64,000 nt of DNA, taken from NCBI GenBank assembly GCA_964247055.1, contig OZ176050.1:9486001-9550000 (forward strand), in the 5' to 3' direction. Below, in pieces: positions 53,762 through 64,000 of the stretch (position 1 is its first letter; the number at the start of each line of letters is the position of its first letter). The notes below the pieces were generated by a model. It was not told the DNA's origin, did not search any database, and saw nothing but the letters and a program-made list of their open reading frames with translations. Position numbers and translations under genes: made by a program. This DNA is from Paragordius varius (taxonomy: Eukaryota > Animalia > Nematomorpha).

Positions 53762-55532
53762 CAGTGGTACTAAAACCGCGGCCCGCGGGCCGCATGCGGC
53801 CCTAAAGGTGCTTTAAAATTGCCCTATGACCATATTGATACTTAAATTATTTTTTTTATTGATGTGTTTTTATAATACACATAAACGAATTTTCGCTTAT
53901 TTTAATAATAATTTTTTTCTTTAATTTAATTTTAGTATTTTGATTTTTACCCAATTCAAAATCTAGAAAAATTTTCCTACATTAAAATGATTTCAAAATT
54001 TTGGTACCTTTGTTTCTGTGTTTTATTTTTTTTCCATTTTGAATTTTTATTGCATTCCTTTTATTTAAGCAAGCCTGCATATACATATTCTTTTCATTGC
54101 TACCCTACATCATTTTTTACAAATCCTTCCCATAAAATATTTTTCAAATTAATATCATTAAATTTCGACCTGTTTTTTTATAGCATAACTCAAATTATAT
54201 TCCTATTTTTTTGAAAAAAATTACATATTTAAACATAATAAAATCAAAGGATGACATCTAATGCTAAAAAACGTAATTTATCCGATGAATATCGCTCCTT
54301 TCAAAAAGAATAGGAAGAAAAATTTATTGTTGTTTTAAATAAAAATGTTATTATCTGCCTTATATGTAAGGATAACATAATTATAAAAAAATACAATATT
54401 AAAAGACATTTTACAATCCCTCATTCTCATATATTCTTCGTTTATTATGTTTTCGTTGCAAAATTTCACAGAGATACATTGAAATGTTAAACTAATAGTG
54501 CTAATAGCAGTTTTTCAGAGCCAAAAATATATTTAGACATCAATGGGTCGAGCACATGTTGAATCAGAAAGTTTAAATTTTTTAATTTGCCTCATGATTT
54601 ACTTTTATGGAATTTATCGAATAAAAAGGGCAACCTTTTTTAGATATTCTTTTATTAGTTGGGAATCAGTAAACGGTTTCATATTTTTTCCTAAGTATCA
54701 AATTTTATATAAAACTTAACAGAAAGTTTGACGAGGAAATTAATAGTGACAAATGGTAAGTTTTATTAGCCTACCTTTGCGATACTTATAAACTTAATAT
54801 TTTTAATACAAGTCTTTAAGGGAGCAAAATAATGACCAAGAAAAATTAATAAAATATAAACAAGATTTTATCAATAAAACACTCCTATATTTTCCAACAC
54901 TTAAAACGATTCATGAAGAAAATATGGATTTTACCGCGGAGAAAAATTTAATAATAGACAATCTAACATTTTTCTATGAGATGGAATTTAGAGTTTAAGA
55001 ATTAAATTAAAAATTGCTTAAACTTATTGAAAATCCATGACATATGGATATATTCAATATAAGCAACTTGAGCATTTCGGTTTTGATCAGGCGCATATCA
55101 TTGAAGAATTCGTAGAATCGTAGAGAAGAGTATGTAGAGTTTTGGCAAGATGTGCCAAATAATAATAAGAATAAAAAAACGAGCTCAAGTTATCCTAACT
55201 GTTTTTCCCTCAACTTAGGCGTGTGAGACGGCATATTCAAAATAAAGTACGTCAAGAATACAAGCAGAAATCGTTTAACCGATGAAAATTATCGGTTAAT
55301 ATCAAAATAAATGTTATCAAAATATTTTAATTTTTTAAACTAAATGGTGCGATACGAGTTTTTAGCTGGATTTACATGCGATCCGCAAAAAATTCATTGT
55401 GCTGATTTAAAGTATTAATGTGTGCATATGTGTCAAATCGCTATGTAATATATGCCATTATAAGGTTCATGGCCCTCGAAAATTAAATATATTTTATTTG
55501 GCCCTTCAAATTTTTTTTGGTGAATACCACTG
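53762..55532 (+). mobile_element. Internally deleted hAT Buster/SPIN-type transposon (1771 bp) with transposase remnants
   Basis: TIRs CAGTGGTACT and (revcomp) CAGTGGTATT; perfect 8-bp TSD TTTTAAAG. N-terminal relic from 54251 MTSNAKKRNLSDEYRSFQKE*..ICLICK..KKYNIKRHF..H; hAT dimerisation relic ~55200-55290 FPST*ACETAYSK..YVKNTSRNRLTDEN. Confidence 0.88.
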
Positions 55533-55883
55533 TTTTAAAGTGTGAATAACAAAAAAAGAGACATTAATAAATTAAAAAATATTAACATAAGTATATTTAT
55601 ATTATTAATATAAAGGTGAAACCATATCTTAATGTTAGATAAATCTGAAACATATATAATTTTATGAAATGGGCACACAATGCTTACACCTTTAATTAGA
55701 AAAATATCAAAAAATACTTTTATTTAATGATATTTTCCTAAACAATAAATTATAACCATAAATAAAAAAATATGCAAATAATCAATTAAATGCATGCGTA
55801 TTGTAATTTTCATCTCCAACGACCATATAAAATTGGTAAAGGCATTATCGGATTTTATTCCGTGATCATTGAGTTAAAAAAAT

Positions 55884-56777
55884 TTATATATGTACTTTAT
55901 TTGAAATCTCATTAATTTGTTTTTGTTGTTGCCAATCATTGTCGAATTTGCCGACAGCTTCTTTATCAATGATTGGATCCAAGACACATATTAATTGGCT
56001 AATTTTTTGCAAATATCGTTTCAATTCATCCCGATACAAAGATGTGAAGATCATTTTAGATTGATCTGTTTTTTGAGAATCTTCCGATAAATCATTTGAT
56101 AACATTTCAGAATATCTATTATATATATATAATAAATACTTGACCTATTATTTCGATAATCATTGATAATTTTAATCAAAGCAGCCTCGAACAATATAAA
56201 AATTTTAGAACGATTCCAATACCACGGTATTGTTTTTAACTTAGATGGGTTTTTAGAGTTGTACCCATAGTATGCAATAATATTTACGTAGTTAAAAACA
56301 AAACTAAAAGTATCGAATATGTTTTTGGGATTAAATGCTAGAGATAAAGCCTAAAAACACTTAAAAATTGAGAAAACTTGGGGAAATTTGGATATAAACG
56401 GTAAAACATATTCGATCCGATTTAAAATAATATCATTTAAATCAGTGAGTTCTGATGAATTTTCGAGTGAGTTAATCAATTCTTTATCAGACAACTCTTC
56501 ATAAAATTTTAGAAGTTCAAAACCATGTTTATAAAAAATTCCTTGTAAAGACGGTGGCAAATGTAAATCTTTAACACCTAACATATCAAATAATATTACC
56601 CTTAACCAAAGATAGCCGAGTCCATCCATATTTTTTTACATAAGGTAGTGAAACTTCTAAAATTTCGTTTCTAAGATCTAATTCTATTTGGTTCCTTTGC
56701 CCTGATTTAGAACTGTATTTACAAATTTTAATAGCTATAGAATTTAATTTTAGGGCACGCTTTATAAACACATGCAT
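55884..56777 (-). CDS. COQ9: Ubiquinone biosynthesis protein COQ9-like, mitochondrial
   Basis: Exons (minus) 56777-56600, 56577-56378, 56350-56145, 56115-55884; introns 22, 27, 29 nt. Basic transit peptide; EILEVSLPYVKKYGWT..L..G, NRIEYVLPFISKFPQ|ALSL..P.N, WYWNR align to COQ9. The 3' end is less certain. Confidence 0.75.
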
Positions 56778-56809
56778 AATTGAGTGAACACCTACATATT
56801 ACAATCCAT

Positions 56810-58438
56810 ATGGCAGAAGCACCTACTTCACGACCACTCACCGCTTATTTTTTATTTTTACACAAAAATAGGGATAAAACAGCACAAGAAATGCCAAATA
56901 TTGGAAGTCGTCAAAGAATAAAATATTTAGCCGAAAAATGGACTTCATTGAGTAATGCTGAAAAGCAAGTAACTGTGTTTTAATATTTATAATAGGCTTA
57001 TCGCTTAGAGGCACAAGAAATGCATAAAAAATATTTGGCAAATAAGGATTATTCTAGTGATAACAAAAAATATTATATGAGCATAGGTCCTAGGAAAAAG
57101 GTAAAAGCTCCTATTCAGTCCAATAAAGTAAAAACGGAGGAAACACCCAAGTGTGATACTAAAAATTATTTTCCCGTTTATTCAGCAGATTTTCTCAAAT
57201 TTAATAAAGGTATTTATTTTTAGACTTATATTTTTAGGCAGAGATCAATTATTGATTAAACTGCAAAAAGAATATACGGAATTAGCCCACGAGCGCAATC
57301 TATTATCAAAATCTTATGAAGATAAACAAAAAATCTATAAAGAATTATCTATGAATTTTTTAAAAATTCAAGAGCAACGAAAACAGCTTATTCCTAACAT
57401 AAACCATTTAAAACAACAAATTATTAAGGCATTCAAAGAAAATCAAATATCTTTTGGAGGTAATTATTATTCAAATCACCCGCAACTTGTTTTTTTGACT
57501 GATTTTTTGATATTTCATAAGCGATTTTAACCAATAAGATTTGCGTTTAGCTTTTCTAATTGAATGTTTGCGTTAAAAACATATGAAAGTTTAGCCTTAA
57601 TTACTATTCCGGTGTAATAAATTACCATTATTTTAATCATTTTTATTTTTTTTATAGGGGTGCTTAAAAACATGCTAAAAACAAATTTTATGAATTAGTG
57701 AGGCACATTATTACGGTTTTTGCAAAACAGATTAAAATCACGTAAAAACCATTACATTTGCTTTGGCTTCTAAGTTATAAGAAAATATCGCTTGAATATA
57801 GAATCTTATATAAAAAATTGGATATTTAACCATGGTAAACCATGAAAATTTATAAAAAATATTAACCTTTTATTTTAAAAGACAATGTCAAAAAAGCCAC
57901 AATAAACATTGCAAAAATATGTATTGTATGTTATTTTTCTGGAAAAATATTTTTTGGATTAAGATTATTATAACTTTGAAGGGTGGAGAATCAACTCAAA
58001 AATGAAAAAATATATTTATTGGAATATTTACAAACATAGCTACTATTTAGTTAAAGTTCATGTTATTATGTATCTTTGAAATATTTCGATGCCGCTGTAA
58101 CTTGTTTATATTCCATTTCATATGTACTTTTATTATTATATTTTCATTTAACACAATATCATATGTAAATAAACTTTTTGATGGTTTAATTACCAATTAT
58201 TTAAAAGGCCTTTTTATTTATAACCCAAATTTCAAGTACTTTAATAACTCCTAATATTATAGATTTGGAAATTAGGGATATAACTCCAGAAAATTTGGAA
58301 AAATACCTTAAAACCCTAATTACCAAAATGAATGGCAATGAAGATATTGGTGACGGTGAGTTAATCAACCTTAATTCTGATGCATGTGATCCCAATCTTG
58401 AAAAGACATTATTTAATTTTTTTGATAAAAATAAATGA
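56810..58438 (+). CDS. HMG20A/B (BRAF35)-like HMG-box protein (256 aa)
   Basis: Exons 56810-56968, 56996-57209, 57238-57459, 58263-58438; introns 27, 28, 803 nt. HMG box APTSRPLTAYFLF..KWTSLSNAEKQ|AY; FPVYSADFLKFNK|GRD.. followed by a coiled coil and ITPENLEKYL match HMG20 PIFTEEFL..K|ARE..; intron positions match HMG20. Confidence 0.75.
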
Positions 58439-59800
58439 TATATAAATTTTATTTATTATAAAAAAATTCGGAATAATATTAAATTTATATTTCGATATTT
58501 AGGTTTCAAATTATGATAAATCCTAAGTTATAAATGTTATATGCAGAAATTAAACACAAATCTTAATTGTTGAAATTATTTACATTAAATTTATCTTTTA
58601 AATAAACACGCATTAATAGGTTATGTTTAATTATTAACTGCACATTTATTGATGAATATTTTTTGTTTAATTTTTAAATAATAAGTATATGAAGCCTTAA
58701 GGTACATGGAATAATCCTGTGAGGCAGAATAACATTAAAAAATGCTCTTTTAAATTAGCTCGTTTACATGGCGGTATTGACAAAGGCTTTTAAATTTATT
58801 TGATTGTTAAAAATATATGGTTGGTTTTAGTTAAAATAAATTATTATAAGTGGCAAATTTTGATTACTGCAAAAATTATTTGATTGTCAAAAATGTATGG
58901 TTAATTGTAAAATGACTATTATTGAGTGATAAATTTTGATTGTTCTCCAATTTGAACCTAGGAATAGCCAAGTTTGATCCCCTGATAATCGTCCTTTTTT
59001 CCGTCTATAATTACTATGCAAAGAGCTCAAAATTATAGTTATTTAATTAAAATCAATAATGCTATATTTAATTTTTTCATGATCAAATTCTAAGGATGTC
59101 CAAATATATAAAAATAATTTTATCATTTTAGTCAACTAAAATCTATATTATTTATTTGTTGCTATTAGTACTACTTAAAACGCATTTTGCAGCGTAATAT
59201 ATTGTCATTTATAAAAAAAATATTATTTATCAAGCCTTAAAAAATCTTTGGAGTTTAACCCTTGTTTTCAATCATTTTGCAACCTCTAGGTGTTGAACTA
59301 AACTTGTAAAAGCAGTGCCAAAAGTAACATTTATTTTTGTATTGTGAATATATTAATACTTAAGTGAGGGATGATAAAACATAATATATAAATAAGGGGG
59401 CATAAAATTATTGATCTTGCTCATATTTTGTTAGAAGTGTGGAAAATGTTATGATTTTAGTGCAAAGTTTAGCGTTTTTTTAAAGATGGGAACCATAAAA
59501 ATAAATCAAATAGTTAATTTGACTTTAAAAAAATCTAAAAACATTAAAATATCTAACATTATTAAAAAATCAAAATTAAGCACCATCATATGTTTTGACG
59601 CTTTGGATGATACTGTCTTTTAATTATTAACACATCAGAAAAATAGAAAAAAACCACATTAAAAAAATAGAAAAAAAATCAGACAACCCATTAACTGCAC
59701 ATATTCTATATCTAAAAATAATAAAATTCATAACTTAGATAGTTAAATTATCTATGGAATCTAAATTAGATGCTAAGGTTTAATTAGCTTCCAGTTTAGC

Positions 59801-59989
59801 GCCACCCAAAGAGATTTAGGATGTTAGCCAAATTTTATTAACTCCGAATGCGATCGTAAAAATAATTATTAAGCGACACTGATATAATCTGTCGCGTAGA
59901 TCTTACAATATTAATTGTAAGAGAAGAAATTTACGATCAGATGGCCAGTAAAATTAACTTTCAGATTACATAGTGCTTTTTGGGGTGGC
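59801..59989. repeat. Degenerate ~190-bp foldback (inverted repeat)
   Basis: GCCACCCAAAGAG pairs with CTTTTTGGGGTGGC; GATCGTAAA (59852) pairs with TTTACGATC (59930); internal CTTACAAT..ATTGTAAG palindrome. Confidence 0.55.
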
Positions 59990-62559
59990 TTTAGTAGAAT
60001 GAAATTAAAAGAAACAAACTTAAAGCAATATCCCGTAAACGTATAAGGCCAATTTAATTTTAAAAAGGTTTCAAAATCTAATTGATTATTATAAATAAGT
60101 TGGATATTATTTTTTTAAAAAATATAAAAAATAACCATTATAATATTTCAAATAAATCATTTCATTTATAAAATAAACATATGACAACACTTATAATATT
60201 ATTTGATTTTTAATCTTCATGTGCCTCAAATATGGGAAAAATACATTTTACGAAAAAATTTGGGCTAATTGTAATTTACACTATTGTTTATGCTTGCTTA
60301 GTGATATTTAAAAATTAAATTTGCAAGTTTAACCATATATTTACTGTTTAAATTGACTAACGTTATCTATTACCGGTAAATTTTTTAAATTCATATTAAA
60401 TAAAAAAAATTATTTTTTGACAACGACTCAACATAAATAACAGTTAATAAAATTAAAAACAAAACCTCACTCTTGTGTAAAAGTATAATGGTATTAATAG
60501 ACAAATCACAAAGGATTAAGTTTGTAAGACTTAATTTTGTAAATTAATATTAATTTTTCTAGAAAATTTAAATAGTTATTTTATAATAATATAAATATTA
60601 TAACATAATAAAAATATGTATTTTAATTACATAAACAGTGTATGCTCTGCTTTCTAAGACAAGTAATGTGACTTAGTTTTTTTTAGTCATTAAGATATAG
60701 CAGCAAAAAGTATTTTAAATGCTTTGAAGCACTTTTTATTGAATGTTTTATATAAATTAAAAAAAGTAAGCAATTTACTACAGTAACGAAAGATATTATT
60801 GGCCATTTCGGTTTTTAATTGGCTAAAATAATATGTCTGAGGCCATGTAGGAGATTTTTCCTTTGTTAATTAAATAAAATTGATTGAACACTGTATTTTT
60901 CCTTACAATTTTCAATAATGAAAACATTAATATCGAAAAATCTTATAACTGACAACAGACATGTAAATTAATATTTAGTTAATTTAAATATCGAAATGGC
61001 TAATGATAGCTCTAGTCACTGTATTTTATATGGTAGGATTAAACGCTGAGTTGTTAAACAATATGTATGCAAAATAACCCAACACTCCTATTTTAAAATT
61101 AAGTGAAATATATATAGCCTCAGAATTAAACAAACACAAGGTACAAGACGCAAGCAAGAATACGCATAAAATTATAAAAATACCTGAGATTTTTTCAGGT
61201 GCCTTTTTATAATTCATTATATATTTTAATATAAATATTATATTTTTAATTCTGCTGAGATATGTATAAGAGAGGTGTACCGTAATTTTTATTTTTCTTT
61301 TCTATATTATACCTTGTAGCGTTCTCGTGTTCATAATAACAAGAGTTAAGAAATTGTATGAAAAATGAATTGTGTTATAAATACATTTTTTTTTCAATTT
61401 TGTCTTTTTTTATTATTATAATTTTTTTTTAAAATTTTACATTTAAATAAACATTTTTTTTTAAACCGTGTTTATAATTAAATAATTTGTAGATTTATTC
61501 GTACACAAAACGAATTTTCATTTTAAATCATTATCAAGTGTATTGGTTGCACTTTAATGTAAACAGTGTCTAATAATACACTGTTTCAGAGATCATTGGT
61601 GAAAAGAAGAGACTGTTATGGGAATTAGGTAAAAATGGAAACAAACATCTTACCTTAAAAAAATATTGTAATATAAACAAATATTCTGTAATTTTTAAAA
61701 AAACCAATACATATATTAAAAGTACAAACAGAAAAAATTACTACATGTTAGAAATGTATAAACGCTTCAGAAACACTCTTTTATATTTCACATCTCTTTA
61801 TTTATTTTTTCATTGGAAAGATGAGTAAGTACATTGGTATTTAACACTTTATTATGATTAATTTATATTAATGTTAAGGTTTTGCTAATCATATGTTAAT
61901 TTTTACCTGTTCATCTATACTTAATTATTATCCTTAAGTTATTTAAATTCAATAATATATGCTTATATTTTTCAATCTAGTTTATTATTTTTTCAATTTT
62001 AAATACACATTAATATACAATTGAAATAGTTAGTTAAATATTTAATATAAAGCTCTGCAAAAATAAAGATGAGCTACAATAGTCCCTTACTTTTATCATT
62101 ATTATCTAATAAATATACCTTTGCTACATAAATTTTTAATTACTTTTATATTATATTATTATAATTATTCTTTCTAAATCAACATAGTAATCTCTCAGCA
62201 TATAAGTTCTTGTTTTCTTATAAACATATAAAACCTTATACCTGTATATATTTTATTGTTATATTTTTATTCCTAAATTTCATTATAAGAAAATATCATT
62301 TAAGTAATAGATTTTCCAACCTAAGATATTGAATTATTTTCGGCGTATTCATTCTGGATCTATATTCCTTAACAAAATGTGATTTAAACCTTATGAATTA
62401 AATTTAATAATTTTCATTATTCGATTCACTTGGCATTTAAAACATGCATTTGTTAACACCTCGTGCAATTCTTTTATTAGTATTCTTACCCATAGTTGAG
62501 GTAAAAGAATTTATATATGATTTATATGATACATATATCAAAACATAAATACTACCAAA

Positions 62560-63780
62560 AAATGATATTATATTCTAAACTGTCCTCCTTTTCATCTGAG
62601 CATCCGCCAAAACAAAATAAGATTCTTTTGTGTTAAAGTTTTTTCTAAACTTTTAATAATTGGGTGTAGCTGCCTCTCTGTCCCATGTCTATACACAATT
62701 TTCGTTTATATTGCTCCATTAACTTGCCCACTCAATAAAATTGTTTAAGCGTGCCCATATTTAAGATTTTAACCCTTGATCAGAGTCCATAAATATCTCC
62801 ATTTTTCAATGTCCTATATTTCGTTTATTCATTTGTAACTACTTCTAAACCCATCCCCTTTAGTCATAATGTTAAAATCTAAAACTCTCAAAAAATCCAA
62901 AATGGTAGCGACCTAAATACCTATCTGAAATATATTACATATTCATATAATTCTCATAGTCGAAAGTGATTGCCTCAACATTTCTACCTATACAGTCGTT
63001 CTTAATAGTTTATTCTACATTTTAACCTTATCTAACACATTACTAACTTTAATTTTGCTTTTTATTATTTAAATTAGTATATGTCCCAAAAGACTCAATA
63101 TACATAAAGTTCCCTTAATATATCTAATAATCAATGATAAATTATTACGCGTTTATTTTTGTTTTAATCACAAATCCCTCTTTAAAAATAATTTTATTAG
63201 GTTTATAGGACATACATTTTACTTTTAAAAATCGAATTTTTTTACCAAATATTTTTTCCTATTCCTTAAAAAATTTAAGCTAAAATAGCCCGAGCTCAGT
63301 GTCTAAATTTTATCCCACAACGTTTATATAAGTTTTAAAGTTTCACCACTGTTGAACATTCGTTTTAGTATTCTAACCGTTTTTCTGAACTATTCAAGGA
63401 TAATTAAGTTTTTTTATCAAAACATTCCCCATTTCACATTTAACATATTACCCCTTTTCATTATTTTCTTGATGCATTAAGCCTTTGTATTTGGTATCCG
63501 TCTATTTATTGGAGACTAAAATCAAAATGCTTCCAATAGTTTGTTATACATTTAGGGTCATTTGTATGAGTCCTTGAGCATCCTCAAATTTGTTAATTTT
63601 ATATAATCATATCTTCCGGCTAAATTTTAAGTGCGATAAAAATGGTGATCTAAATTAAAGTATTTGTAATATTTCAAATTACTTGGTTTAATTTTATGCC
63701 GGCTCATTGTCCAAAAGGTCTTGGTATATCATTCATACGGACCATATTTTTTACACCAATTCAAATCAGAATCTTCCTCT
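62560..63780 (-). mobile_element. Decayed CR1/L2-like LINE RT fragment
   Basis: Minus-strand LYKINKFEDAQGLIQMTLN (cf. FADD.K....I....D...LQ.DL) and TKIVYRH...IIKSLEK (cf. IRP.LEY...LE.VQ); heavily degenerate. Confidence 0.45.
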
Positions 63781-64000
63781 CATATATATGTAAAAAATCA
63801 TACTTTGTAGATTTACAACATTTCTCTTTCGTTAATTTAATTGTTCTGCCTCTTATATCCCAAAAAATAATCGAATTTAATTCTTAAAGGCCCTTTATAT
63901 AATATACAATTGACGAAAATAGGAATCAACTTTTTTAAATAAATTTAGCCAAAACTTCCAATTTATAAAAACTAAATCCGAAAATGTATTTTTTAAACTG

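Noticed and set aside
56810-56983. TFAM interpretation of the HMG-box ORF next to mitochondrial COQ9
   Set aside because: Only one HMG box, no transit peptide, and downstream exons match the HMG20 coiled-coil region.
61026-61217. 63-aa hydrophobic ORF with an upstream candidate 5' UTR intron
   Set aside because: Plausible small membrane protein, but with no family motif or other support.

Overview
AT-rich eukaryotic (animal, invertebrate-type) genomic DNA with one 200-N scaffold gap; the species cannot be determined from the sequence. Spliced gene models were built by hand from homology and GT-AG phase matching. They are: a secreted 10-Cys colipase-fold peptide (+), a greatly expanded ~820-aa Wnt4-like ligand (-), ESS2/DGCR14 (+, one exon falsely duplicated across the gap), a transgelin/myophilin-like protein (-), GALE (-), TMED2 (+), COQ9 (-) and an HMG20-like protein (+). 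The last two sit head-to-head with only 32 bp between start codons. The standout observation is a set of 11-12 ultrashort GT-AG introns of 22-29 nt, many at intron positions shared with human orthologues. They coexist in the same genes with 16 ordinary introns of 68-3197 nt, none of the supported introns fall between 30 and 67 nt, and the two classes differ in donor signal. The intergenic space holds a non-autonomous Helitron family (5 copies with internal ~150-bp tandem units and twin GNA-triloop hairpins), hAT/Buster elements and MITEs with 8-bp TSDs, a piggyBac-like family, and decayed RTE, CR1-like and Penelope retroelements.
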